64,000 nucleotides of DNA from an uncultured Thermoplasmata archaeon (GTDB lineage Archaea > Thermoplasmatota > Thermoplasmata > RBG-16-68-12): positions 832,001-896,000 of the forward strand of contig CAVYJM010000006.1 of the NCBI GenBank assembly GCA_963768855.1. The letters run 5' to 3'. This document shows positions 49,226 through 59,623 of the stretch, one piece after another. Below the pieces are notes generated by a model. That model was not told where the DNA came from and ran no database searches. It saw only the letters and a list, made by a program, of their open reading frames with translations. Both the position numbers and the translations under genes were made by a program. Numbering within the stretch: position 1 is the stretch's first letter; each line of letters opens with the position of its first letter.

Positions 49226-49959
49226 GCCTGAGGCATGCGTGGATCATCGCAAAGAAGGACCTTAAGTCAATCCTCCGGAGGAGGACGGTCCTCTACACGA
49301 CGGTGGCGTTTCCGCTCATCATCGCCGTCCTCCTTCCCCTGGTCATCGAGTTTAGCGGGAGGAGGTCAGGCGGCTTCCCCGCCGCAGCCTTGCCGGGGTA
49401 TTTGGACGCGTTCGCATTCTTATTTGTGATCATACCCGCGATTATCCCCACACCCATCGCGTCGTACAGCATCGTCGGCGAGAAGGTCGAGAAAAGCCTC
49501 GAACCACTTCTTGCGACCCCCGTAGCCGATGGAGATATCCTACTCGGGAAGAGCATCGCTGCGTTCCTCCCGGCGATGCTTGGCACGTTCGCAGGTGCGG
49601 CCGTCTTCATGACGCTCATGGACCTCGTTACCGCGGACAAGTTAGGCTACCTCTACTTCCCGAATTGGAGGATAGGCGTCATCCTGCTGATTCTTGCCCC
49701 GCTCGCTGCACTGCTCAGCATCGAGGTCAGCGTCCTCGCCTCGTCGAAGGTCAGCGACGTTCGGGCGGCCGCCCAGCTGGGCGGCCTAGCCTTCCTCCCT
49801 TTCATTGGTATCTACATCGCCGGCGAGATCGGTGCTATCACACTCGACACGAACGGTCTCCTGACCATTGCTGCCGTGATGGCGCCCCTGGGCTTAGTGC
49901 TCTTCTTCGTCAGCAAGGCCACGTTCCAGCGTGAGCAGATCCTCACGAGGTGGAAATGA
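49222..49959 (+). CDS. ABC-2 type permease
   Basis: GEKVEKSLEPLLATPV...ILLGK, six TM helices. Confidence 0.88.
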   Translation: MSLRHAWIIAKKDLKSILRRRTVLYTTVAFPLIIAVLLPLVIEFSGRRSGGFPAAALPGYLDAFAFLFVIIPAIIPTPIASYSIVGEKVEKSLEPLLATPVADGDILLGKSIAAFLPAMLGTFAGAAVFMTLMDLVTADKLGYLYFPNWRIGVILLILAPLAALLSIEVSVLASSKVSDVRAAAQLGGLAFLPFIGIYIAGEIGAITLDTNGLLTIAAVMAPLGLVLFFVSKATFQREQILTRWK

Positions 49960-50054
49960 GAAGGGTCGGCGTGGGCCACGACCGGTGGATCAGAAATCCG
50001 CAGTGCCGTCTTTGAACTCCGTCTCCCCTGGCCGGGCCACGACGAGTTTCAATT

Positions 50055-50207
50055 CTCGGGACCGGTGGGAGCTGATACCAGGAACCAGTGCCTGAACTCA
50101 GGATGGGATTCTAAATCCATGTCACACCGCAACGTAGGTTCTTAGGGCGGTACATCAAGGCTCGAGAGACCCTTAGCGGATAGCCAACTGGGCACCGCCC
50201 TCGTCCC
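50055..50207 (+). repeat. att-like repeat copy B
   Basis: Starts CGGGACCGGTGGGA (12/14 to the tRNA end); gapless homology to copy C over about 147 nt. Confidence 0.85.
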
Positions 50208-50284
50208 CTGCTCACCGCCGCTTCGGAAGGCGTTGAAAGATTCAATATTCGAGGTCGGATGGGTGCCGCCCTGGTGGCAGCTCT

Positions 50285-50818
50285 TTGCACGCCCAAGTAA
50301 ACTTGCACAGTCCCGATGTCGGCAGGATGTTCGACTATTTCACGGACAGCCTCGGCTTTGCGCCGGAATTCCGGGTGCGCGGACCCGATGGCAGAGTGGT
50401 GTTCGCGGGCGCGTGGTGGGGCGCGGTGGGAAAAGGCACGCGGGTCGTCCTCGGGGACATCGAGGAAGCCCTGCACGACCATTACGACCATGGGGCGTTT
50501 GGCCAGCAGATGGAGGAGCATCCGCTCGGGACGGGCGTCGTCGTGTACTTCTACACCCAAGATGTCGACAGATTGTACGCGCGCATCACGAAGCACGGAG
50601 CCACCATCGACGAACCGCCCACAGACCAGTTCTGGGGCGAGCGGACCATCAGCGTGGTGACTCCTGACAGGTACTATCTGACCTTCGCTCAGCCCATCAA
50701 GGGCTTCCGCTTCTCACCCGCGTTCGCGGAGCGCATGGAATCCTTCCCCAAACCGGCGTCGCTAGCGCCGCGCGCGGGATCGAAGCGACGGCGACGGGAC
50801 GCGAGTCGATCCAGATAG
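50285..50818 (+). CDS. VOC/glyoxalase-bleomycin resistance family protein
   Basis: DYFTDSLGF, YFYTQDVD..YAR, PPTDQFWGER...V.TPD.Y.LTF. Confidence 0.85.
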   Translation: MHAQVNLHSPDVGRMFDYFTDSLGFAPEFRVRGPDGRVVFAGAWWGAVGKGTRVVLGDIEEALHDHYDHGAFGQQMEEHPLGTGVVVYFYTQDVDRLYARITKHGATIDEPPTDQFWGERTISVVTPDRYYLTFAQPIKGFRFSPAFAERMESFPKPASLAPRAGSKRRRRDASRSR

Positions 50819-50868
50819 CCCCTTTGCCGAGGGCGAAGACGCAATCACCCCCTCCGGCGCGGTGTCTC

Positions 50869-51123
50869 TCACCCAGTCGGTTTTCTCCCAAGGAACCCCA
50901 CGATTAGCCCAATAACGATTAGAGCGACACCGACGACGAGGAACAGATCCTGAAGGAAGACTGCGGTCGCGGCTGGTATCTCGGCGCCTCCGATTTCAAT
51001 TATGGCCGCCTGGGAGTCTGCGGAGCGGAGCGCATTCAACGAGAGCGTGAAGTCAATCGCCACGGTGAAGAAGGCCACACCAGCCAGCACGATCGGTGCA
51101 CCGAGCAAACGGGTCGTCCTCAC
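50869..51123 (-). CDS. Small two-TM membrane protein
   Basis: Two hydrophobic helices, 84 aa. Confidence 0.7.
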   Translation of the reverse strand: MRTTRLLGAPIVLAGVAFFTVAIDFTLSLNALRSADSQAAIIEIGGAEIPAATAVFLQDLFLVVGVALIVIGLIVGFLGRKPTG

Positions 51124-51403
51124 GGCAAGGAATTCAAGACGGTTGCCTTACTTAACGATGGCGAGGGGACTCCCGTAGCCAGGGCGGTTCGACCGTACCC
51201 CCTCGCACTCCTGGATCGGTTCTCGCACGCGGCAAGGAGTGGTGAAAGGATATACGCGACGCCCGCGTCACCATCAACACAAGCATCCCTTCACAACAGC
51301 CGCTCGGGCTTGTCAGCGGCGACTGCCTCTGCCGGTGGCCTCCACTATTTCTCACTGGTAACTAGGCCAGCAAGATTGTTCCAAATGGCGTGGACGAGTT
51401 CTC

Positions 51404-52393
51404 TTAGGCTCGGGCTTTCCGCACTTCCATGAGCTTCAGCAACTTCGTCCCATGATTGAGCAGTTCGGTGTAGGTGAGGATTTCCACGCGCGTCAGATGA
51501 CTCATCAGAAGTCTCCTTTCACGAGGATTGTCGGTCCGCTTGTTGCCGATGACGATAATAGCCTTCGGCTTGAACAGCCGCAATGAAGGACGCCGGTCGC
51601 ACTCGCTGAGGTATGTGAGAACTTGTCCCAGAGCCGTAGAGAGGGCGACGTTGAGTTTCGAGCGTCTTCTTGTTCTTCGGTCGAAAAGCGATTCGTCGGG
51701 ACCCTTGAGTTCGACAAGGTCCATGTAGCCATCCAGCCGTCGCAGCATGAAGTCAAACTCGAATTCCTTCGTATTGGGCGGGAATGCAACCTTACTCTCT
51801 AGGTCAACATACTCCAGTCCAAACAGCCAGAACGGCTTCTTCTCCTCGATGAAATGGTGGACAGTTGTCTCGTTGGCATCAGGGTCGTCTATCGCGGCTT
51901 GGAACTCGCGGAGTATCTTACGGTACGTCCCTACGTGGCGCTTCATGTCTCGGAGCCGTTGCTCCGCCCGGCGTCTCGCGGCCTTGTGATGCTTCTCGGC
52001 AGCGCGCGCTTCAAGCGCCTCGCCTTCAAGCCGCTCAATCTCCACATCGGGAACTCCTTCGTCGCCGAGGGTTGCTTCCAGCCGTACAAAGTCCGGGTCG
52101 GACAGCGAACTCTCCTCTTGGAAGTGCGCGTCTACGAGCGCGGATGCGCTCGCCCACTGCTCCGCTGACCGGATGTTGTAATTGCGGAATCTTTGCCAAT
52201 ATTTCGCGTTCGCCGCTTCCCTATCGACGCGCGCCCGCCACCGCACGAGTTGGACAAGCCGCTTCCCCGTCTCGTTCTCGGTAGCCACATCGACGGTGTA
52301 GAGCCACGCGCGGTTGGATGTGAGACCGGCCAGCGACCGGCTTACTACCTCATAACGTGGGCTCTCACGGAACTCGCGCTCGGCGTATCGCAT
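51404..52393 (-). CDS. Shedu-like (DUF4263) PD-(D/E)xK anti-phage nuclease with N-terminal accessory domain
   Basis: E..VH.FI....WLFG, FDF...DG..DLVELKGP, GQVLTY (QxxxY), KAIIVIG, VEILTY.EL. Confidence 0.82.
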   Translation of the reverse strand: MRYAEREFRESPRYEVVSRSLAGLTSNRAWLYTVDVATENETGKRLVQLVRWRARVDREAANAKYWQRFRNYNIRSAEQWASASALVDAHFQEESSLSDPDFVRLEATLGDEGVPDVEIERLEGEALEARAAEKHHKAARRRAEQRLRDMKRHVGTYRKILREFQAAIDDPDANETTVHHFIEEKKPFWLFGLEYVDLESKVAFPPNTKEFEFDFMLRRLDGYMDLVELKGPDESLFDRRTRRRSKLNVALSTALGQVLTYLSECDRRPSLRLFKPKAIIVIGNKRTDNPRERRLLMSHLTRVEILTYTELLNHGTKLLKLMEVRKARA

Positions 52394-52399
52394 CCCAGA

Positions 52400-52579
52400 C
52401 TAACCCCCGCCATGCCCGGATAGCAGCGAGGCAAAGGAGATTATCTCGTCGAGCACTCCAGCCGCCCCAAAGAATAGGCTGACCAATGGGTCTGCGACTG
52501 TCACAACAAGCGCGACGTAGATGGATACAGCACCCAACGGGATGCTCACTATCTCGAATGACAAGCCGTCCCTACTCAC
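52400..52579 (-). CDS. 59-aa membrane micro-protein directly upstream of the Shedu-like gene
   Basis: GTG start; MSRDGLSFEIVSIPLGAVSIYVALVVTVADPLVSLFFGAAGVLDEIISFASLLSGHGGG; TTAAG about 25-29 nt upstream; 6 nt from the next start. Confidence 0.6.
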   Translation of the reverse strand: MSRDGLSFEIVSIPLGAVSIYVALVVTVADPLVSLFFGAAGVLDEIISFASLLSGHGGG

Positions 52580-52746
52580 GAGGAAGACGTTAGCCCTAGA
52601 CTACTTAAGACTTGCAGGGGGGTCCGCAATGCCCAGATGAAACGGAAAAATGGGCCGAGGCGGTGCCGCCCGCCTCAGGAATGGCCCTAGAATCGATTTC
52701 CAATATAGATTTCGCACGTTGACCGCTTGGGCGTGGATGTGGGCGG

Positions 52747-53535
52747 TCAGTCCTTCGCTTCCCCGACCGGTCTTCGTACCCTCCGCACTCGTGTTCTCCG
52801 TGTCGACCTTGACTGGCTCTCAACAAAGGAGAGGATGGCACCCGTCGCTATCGCGCCAACGCCTAGATAGACCCCAACGAAGGTGAGTGCGTACAGGGGA
52901 TACGCGGTTACCTGCACGCACAGCCCGTCAGCGCAGGTTGCCGGAGACGGAATCGGGATAAGGCCGGTCAGGGCAACTGCCCAGAGCACACCCCCCGCCA
53001 GTGTGACCTTCTTGGACAGAGAGTGGCCCAAATCAAGAGGCGGGCGCGGCTTTGCGTTCTGAAGCGGCTCCGGCCGCCCGAGAATCGGCCGGAGGATTCG
53101 ATAGAGATTCGTTGCATTCATGCCGACCAGACTTCCGACGACCCACGAGACTGGTACACCCTGAATGGTGATTGCGCCCGTTCCACCCGCGAACTCAAGG
53201 CTGGGAGGCGTCGTCATGAAGACGATGACCCAGTAGACCGCCACCCCAAAAGAGACCACAGACACGACATCGAACGAGGTTTGCAACGTTGGTCGCCGAC
53301 CCATCAGAACGAGCAGGGAGACGAAGAGCAACGCGGATACCAAGATGACATCGACTATGGGGGTAAGGTCGCTCCCCTGCGCCCAAAGTACTACCCCGAG
53401 GAGGATGCTGACCGTGGTGACCTTGACGGTCCATCCGCCCCACGGCATGACCCGGAATAGCGCACGGAACTCGAGCACGAGAATCGGTGCGAATGCCACG
53501 AGAAAGAGCCCCGCCGTCTGGAGTTGCGAGTCCAT
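52747..53535 (-). CDS. Polytopic membrane protein, unknown function
   Basis: About seven hydrophobic segments. Confidence 0.7.
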   Translation of the reverse strand: MDSQLQTAGLFLVAFAPILVLEFRALFRVMPWGGWTVKVTTVSILLGVVLWAQGSDLTPIVDVILVSALLFVSLLVLMGRRPTLQTSFDVVSVVSFGVAVYWVIVFMTTPPSLEFAGGTGAITIQGVPVSWVVGSLVGMNATNLYRILRPILGRPEPLQNAKPRPPLDLGHSLSKKVTLAGGVLWAVALTGLIPIPSPATCADGLCVQVTAYPLYALTFVGVYLGVGAIATGAILSFVESQSRSTRRTRVRRVRRPVGEAKD

Positions 53536-53668
53536 TCACTTCGCCTCAGAAGTAGAAGGGGTACCACCTCCATTAGCGAGACGGGGGAGATAGGCGAAAG
53601 TGGCATTCCTCACGTCTCCCTGCTCCATCGCCGAAGAAAGGCCGGAAGGGCTATCCTCCAGGTGACGG

Positions 53669-54109
53669 ATGCGGCTGAGAGACCGCTCGATGACAGGAAG
53701 CTCCCAGCCCCGCCGAGAAAGTCAACTGCGGAGGATTCTGGGAAGCCGATGGCTGATAGTCGCGGTCATCGTGATTGTAGTCATCGCAATTGTCATCGCA
53801 GGAGAAGTGCGGCCTGGACCCGTCTTCTCCCTTAGCGGTCTCGGTTACAAGCGGAACTGCTTCTACAACACGACCCAGGGCAACTACTCCTTCTGGAGTG
53901 TGTACTTCAACATTACGAATCGCGGTGCCAGTGCGTCCGCAGCGGTCGCCATCTCGGTGGACGAGACAGTGGTTTCCTACCAGCAGGTCTACGTCGCGTC
54001 GAGTGCGACGGCGCTTGTTCATGAAAACGTTACAGATTCGGCCATCTCCACCGACCCAGGTTGCCAGCAGAACAACGTCACGGTCGGTATTTGGGGATGG
54101 GTCTTCTAG
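53669..54109 (+). CDS. Membrane-anchored extracellular protein, unknown function
   Basis: One TM helix, NxS/T sequons, one Cys pair. Confidence 0.7.
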   Translation: MRLRDRSMTGSSQPRRESQLRRILGSRWLIVAVIVIVVIAIVIAGEVRPGPVFSLSGLGYKRNCFYNTTQGNYSFWSVYFNITNRGASASAAVAISVDETVVSYQQVYVASSATALVHENVTDSAISTDPGCQQNNVTVGIWGWVF

Positions 54110-54153
54110 CTAGTCTGCCTGAGCCCTTCGCCCCCGACTCGGCCGGAAGGGCT

Positions 54154-54705
54154 ATGCCGGGACTGGTCGATGTAGGTGTTGGGAGTGGAGAGATGCAACC
54201 GAATGTGTCGCCGTCACCGACGCCTGTGCCGACGCCTGAAACTAGAAGCCGTGGTTGGGGCTATTGGGTCGTCATCTTAGGCGGACTCGCCGTGGCCCTC
54301 GGGACGGTTGTTACGCAGCAGACCTCTTTTGACATCCTAAACTTGTCCGGCGCCCCGCCCAGCCTTCCGTTGGGGACCTATCAAGAATGGGCGATTCTCT
54401 CAGGCACCGGAACCTTGCTGTCTGCGGTAGGCTTTCTGTTGGTCTTCGTCGGGGCCTCCGTGGCGTTCCGGGGTTCACGGTCGGTTCCGGTTGGACCGAC
54501 CCGCCGGACGTTCGTGACCCTCCTTCTCGGCGGTTCGCTCGTAGCTGTTGGGCTCGTGGCATTGAGCGTGCTCGGGTTCTACTCCTACACGCCGTTCCCT
54601 CCCGGTCTCACCGTGTACTATTCCATCGACCTAGGTGGACGGATTGTCGAAGCCGTCGGGTTCTTCGTCGCGTTTGTCGGGGTCGCCGGCGCTCTTCGCC
54701 GTTGA
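54154..54705 (+). CDS. Four-TM membrane protein, unknown function
   Basis: Internal two-fold repeat of TM hairpins (..LSAVGFLLVFVG / ..VEAVGFFVAFVG). Confidence 0.7.
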   Translation: MPGLVDVGVGSGEMQPNVSPSPTPVPTPETRSRGWGYWVVILGGLAVALGTVVTQQTSFDILNLSGAPPSLPLGTYQEWAILSGTGTLLSAVGFLLVFVGASVAFRGSRSVPVGPTRRTFVTLLLGGSLVAVGLVALSVLGFYSYTPFPPGLTVYYSIDLGGRIVEAVGFFVAFVGVAGALRR

Positions 54706-54913
54706 CCTCGGAAAGGGAGAGTGCCCCCGCCTCGTCGCCCCCGAGCGGCCGGAAAACGGAAAGGGAGGGCGGTACGACCGCCCTCGTGGGTGGGGACGAG
54801 GCAGCGTCGAAGAAAGTAGAGCGTTGTCAACAAACCGCTATCCGGCCCATCGTTCCGCTAAAGCGACAACATTCAATCCGAGTTGATTTAGGCTTTCCTA
54901 CTCCATAGGGGTA

Positions 54914-54988
54914 CGGACCCGGTGGGATTCGAACCCACGAGAGCCGGATTAGAAATCCGGAGCCCTATCCGTGCTAGGCGACGGGTCC
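54914..54988 (-). tRNA. tRNA-Arg (anticodon TCT)
   Basis: GGACCCG/CGGGTCC-G acceptor, CCGGA-TTTCTAA-TCCGG anticodon arm, GTGGG-TTCGAAT-CCCAC T-arm; CTTAT about 25 nt upstream. Confidence 0.95.
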
Positions 54989-55295
54989 GTAACGCGGGAC
55001 GGTCGGGGTCTCATAAGTATCCATCGTCGTCGTGCGTCACCGGTGTCCCGGAGGCCATGCGCCTCCCCACCTGGGAAGTCTCCACGATACGACCCGTTTC
55101 TTTAAGATGTGCTCGAAGCCTGCCGTTGGCTGAGGGGCGAGCCCTGAGGCCGAGGCGATGAAGGCCCAGCCAAGGAACATCGCGAACGCCCGGCGCGAAC
55201 CGCGCCTCGGGCGCCGGGTGCGAAAGCCCGCTCGCCCCACACCCAGCCAGGTCCCGGACCAGATTCGCATCACTTCCGTCGCCGGCGGGGCGGTG

Positions 55296-56907
55296 ATGGG
55301 GCGGGGCTCCCAGCTCCGTCCGCCCAGGAGACTCTCCTCGCCGCGATCGCGGAGGCCGTCGAGAAGGAAGCGCTCACCGAGGAACGGATGGCGGAGTCTC
55401 GCCCGCGCGCACCGCGCGCCTCTTGTCCACCGTACTGAGCCTCTACACGTTTACTTCCCCCCGGACAGCTGGAAGACGGTGAAGCGTCTGCAACGGCCTT
55501 CCGTGCGCCCTTCGGGCCGACGGGGCTATCCATGGGCAATTCGGCGCCACCGAGTCCGACGTGGGCACCGCGTCCTGCCTCGGGTACTGCGCGAGCGCGC
55601 CGGTGGCCTGGAAGGAGGGCCGTTACTACACCACCGCGTCCGGTCGTCCCAAGGAGATTCAGGAGAGCACTGCGGCGTGGGTCGATGCACACACGCAGGG
55701 ATTGCGGGCCTATCGAACCACCGGCGGGTACACGGCCTTCAAACGGGTGCTCGACGCGAAGGACCGGGACTCCCTCCTGGGCGTGATTGAGACTGCCGTC
55801 CTACGGGGGATGGGCGGTGCCGGGTTCCCCGTGTACCTCAAGTGGAAGGCGGTGATGGGCAGCACCCGGACGGATCGCGTCGTTGTCGTGAACGCGCACG
55901 AGGGGGAGCCCGGGACGTTCAAGGACCGGCTCATCCTGGAGAGGGAACCTCACCGGCTCGTCGAGGGGGTCCTCATCGCCGCGTCCGTCGTCGGAGCGGC
56001 GGTCGTGGTCATCGCTCTCAAGGCGGAATACGCGAACGCCCGCCGCGTGCTGGAGCGCAGCCTCCGCGAGCTCGCGCAGGCCGCCGGAGACATGGGCTTC
56101 GAAGGGCGGCTCCCTAACCTGGAGCTCCGCTCGCTCGTCGGATCCTACGTCACAGGCGAGGAGACCGCGCTTCTTGAGGCCCTCGAAGGGCGGCGGAGCG
56201 AGCCCCGCTCGCGCCCTCCATTCCCCGCCGAGGCCGGCCTGTACGGGAGGCCGACGCTTGTGCAGAACGTGGAGACGCTTGCCGCGATCCCTCCCTTGCT
56301 CCTGCCTTCGTCCGACGAGGCGGATCGGCAAAAGATCGCGAAGTTCTTCTGCCTGACCGGCGACGTGCGCACGCCCGGAGCCTACCGTGAACCCCTTGGC
56401 ATCCGGGCGGACTCACTGGTCGAGAAGGATGGAGGGTCTTCCGCCGGGGAACTGAAGGCCTTCTTCCCCGGCGGGCTGTCCGGCGGCCTCCTCCCCACGT
56501 CCAAGCTGGACGTGGAGCTGAACTTCGAGGCGGTCCGGAAGCACGGCTGCGGTCTGGGCACCGGCGCGGTCGTGGCGATCAGGGACGGACCGGTGCATCG
56601 TGGACGTCCTCTCGACCGCTCGGCGAGTTCTTCCGGTCGGAGTCGTGCGGGAAGTGCGTCCCCTGCCGGCTCGGGACCACCCAGCTCTCCGCGCTCTATG
56701 GGTCGCCTGCGCGACGGGACGGCGACGGAGGCGGACCTGCAGGAAGGCGGAGCCGTCGCGAGGCTCATGCAGGAGACCTCCCTCTGCGCCCTCGGCCAGG
56801 TGGCGGGCAAGCCCTTCCTCGATGCGATGAGCGGCCTGCGGGACGAGATGCTCGCCCACGCCCGCGGTGAGTGTCCCGCGCACGTTGGTCGTCACGGCGG
56901 TGGTTGA
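55296..56907 (+). CDS. NuoE-NuoF (FdsG-FdsB-like) fused diaphorase subunit, several frameshifts
   Basis: CNGLPC...CLGYC 2Fe-2S motif in frame with LRGMGGAGFP, NAHEGEPGTFKDR, YVTGEETAL; ESCGKCVPCR lies in another frame near 56640. Confidence 0.8.
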
Positions 56908-56908
56908 T

Positions 56909-59602
56909 GTGTCCGCCCGCCTCACCCTGAACGGCGCCGAGCTGACGGTGGACGGGACTCCGACGATCTTGGAGATCGCGAGGGCGCAGGGTGCGGACAT
57001 CCCGACGCTGTGCGAGCTACGACGGTCGCGCGAACGGGGTGTGCCGGCTCTGCATGGTGGAGCTCGAGGGGAGCGGCCGCGTCGTCCCCGCCTGTTCGAC
57101 GCCCGTGCGGGATGGAATGTCCATCCGAACCGATTCGCCGCACCTCCGGGAGATGCGTCGAGGCCTCGTCTCCCTCCTCCTGGCCGAGCATGCCCACCAC
57201 GCAGGGAGCCATCGCTGCTCCCTAGAGCGGCTTGCGGGCGATCTGGGGGTCCGTTCGAACGGATGTAACGGTGGAACCGTCACCGCGGACGTCTCGCATC
57301 CCGCAATCCGGTTCGACGCTTCACTCTGCATCTTGTGCCGGCGGTGCCTCCTCGCCTGCGACGAGGACCAGCTGAACGAGGTCATCGCGCTCGCGGGGCG
57401 AGGCCATGAGACCCGGGTTGCGTTCGACCTCGGCGCCCCGCTCGGCGAGTCCACCTGCGCGAGCTGCGGCGCATGCGTCGACGTCTGCCCGACGGGCGCC
57501 CTCCAGGAGATCGGGTGGCAGCCCGCCGACCGCACGGTGGTCACGACCTGCCCGTACTGCGCGGTCGGCTGCCGCGTCGAGTACGGCCTCGCCGGCGACA
57601 CGGTCGTGTGGGCGAGGGGTGCGAAGGACGGCGTGAACCGCGGCAAGCTCTGCGTCAAGGGCAAGTTCGCGTTCCAGCACGAGGCGAGCCGGGACCGGCT
57701 CCTCACGCCGTTGGTCCGCAAGGAGGGCGTCTCGCGCGGTCCGCTCGGGGATCGGGATCCGCGGGACGTGTTCCGGACGGCGACCTGGGAGGAGGCGCTC
57801 GACCTTGTGGCGGAGAGGATCCGGAGGACGCGCGACGACCATGGGCCCGAGGCCATCGGCGGCATCGCGAGCGACCGGTCGACGAACGAGGACATCTTCG
57901 CCTTCCAGAAGTTCATGCGGGTCGCCGTCGGCACGGACAACGTCGACCAGAGCGCCACCCTGTGCCACTCCCCCTCCGCCGCGATGCTCTCCTGGGCGCT
58001 GGGGGCCGGCGCCGCGACGAACCCCATCGCGGACCTCGAGAACGCGAGGACGATCCTCCTCGTCGGCTCGAGCACGGAGGCGGCGCACCCCGTCCTGGCC
58101 GGGCGGATCAAGAGAGCCGCGAAGGACGGCGCGCACCTCCTCCTCGTGGACCCGCGGACGCTCGGGATGTCCCGGTTCGCGGAGCTCAACCTGAACCTGC
58201 GGCCCGGGACCGACGTCGCGCTCTTCTCCGCGATGGCGAGGTACATCCTCGACCAGGGCTGGGAGGATCGGCCCTTCATCGAGGCACGGACGGAGGGCTT
58301 CGAGGCATGGAGGAACAGCCTCGGGCCCTTCACGATCGAATTCGCCGTCAAGGTCACGGGCCTGTCCGCGGAGACGATCCGGACGGCGGCGAGGGTGTAC
58401 GCCACGCAGACGCCCTCCGTGATCCTGTGGACGCTCGGGATCACCGAGCACGCGAATGGCTCCGACAACGTCTCCTCGCTCGTCAACCTCGCCTTGCTCA
58501 CGGGAAACGTGGGCAAACCGGGGTCGGGCCTGAACCCGATCCGGGGCCAGAACAACGTGCAGGGAGGCGCGGACATGGGGAGCACCCCCGGCTCTCTCCC
58601 CGGGTATCAGGACCTCTTCGATCCCGCAATTAGGGCGCGGTTCGAAAGCAAGTGGGATGCGAAGCTGCCGGAGACGAAGGGCTGGAAGAGCACGGAGATG
58701 ATCCAGCTCGCCCGCGGCGGCGTCCTCCGTCTCCTGTACATCTCCGGGGAGAACTCGGTCCGGTCGCATCCCGACTCCCAGAGCGTCGCCGAGGCATTCC
58801 AGAAGCTTGACTTCCTCGTCGTCCAGGACCTCTTCCTCACGGAAACCGCCGAGTTCGCCGACGTCGTCCTCCCCGCGGCCTCTTCGTTCGAGAAGGCGGG
58901 GACCTTCACGAACACGGAGCGCCGGGTCCAGCCCGTCCGCCCGCTTTCCCATCCCACGGGGCAGGCGAGCCGACTGGGAGGTCTACACGGCATTGGCCGC
59001 GAAGCTCGGGTGCCCGATGGATTACGAGGACAGCGATGAGATCTTGGAGGAGATCTCCGGGCTGGTTCCGTCGTACGCGGGCGTCTCCCACTCCTCGCTC
59101 GCGCGCGGCGGCGTCCAGTGGCCCGTCGCGGCAGGGTCGAGCGAGGGTACGCCCATCCTTCACGTGGGCGCAGTTTTCTCGGGGCAAGGGACGGTTCAGA
59201 CCCCTCGAATGGAGAGACCGTACAACGCTCGAGGAGGGCGATTTCCCTTATGCGCTCATCACGGGACGGCAGAGGGAACAGTATCACACGGGAACGATGA
59301 CGCGTCGCTCGCCGGTGGTGAACGCGATCACACGAGGCCCCGAGATCGAGATGAACGGGGAGGACATGGAGAGGGAGGGCCTCGTGGACGGTGCCCGCGT
59401 GACGGCTCGTCTCGAGGCAAGGCTCGGTGGAGGCGAAGGTCCGCGCGAGCCCGACCCTGCCACGCGGCGTCCTCTTCACCACGTTCCACTACGCGGAGCT
59501 CCCCGTCAACGTGCTGACGCCCCCGACCCTGGACCCGACAGACGCGCACCCCCGCGTACAAGGATACGGGTGAGGGTCCGGCTCGGAGGCACGGCCCGAT
59601 GA
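56909..59602 (+). CDS. fdhA: NAD-linked formate dehydrogenase alpha subunit (Cys-type), several frameshifts
   Basis: IPTLC, CRLCMV, CILCRRC, CASCGACVDVCP, CPYCAVGC..LC.KG, LCHSPS, RGQNNVQG, GTFTNTERRVQ; C-terminal domain split across frames. Confidence 0.85.
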
Positions 59603-59623
59603 CCCAACGGAGGTCGGACCTGA

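Larger units (their letters stand above)
41182..54927. mobile_element. Accessory island at the 3' end of tRNA-Arg(UCU), partitioned by att-like repeats; no integrase seen
   Basis: Direct repeats of the tRNA 3' end at 41185, 47966 and 50057; visibly more A/T-rich, unrelated small genes, defence nuclease. Confidence 0.75.

Noticed and set aside
52635-52710. Fourth copy of the att-like repeat
   Set aside because: Only patchy similarity to copy B (GTGCC...CTCAGGA.TGG...CTA.AATC) needing several gaps; no tRNA-end match
57950-57985. Selenocysteine in the formate dehydrogenase
   Set aside because: The ligand codon is TGC (LCHSPS); no in-frame TGA there
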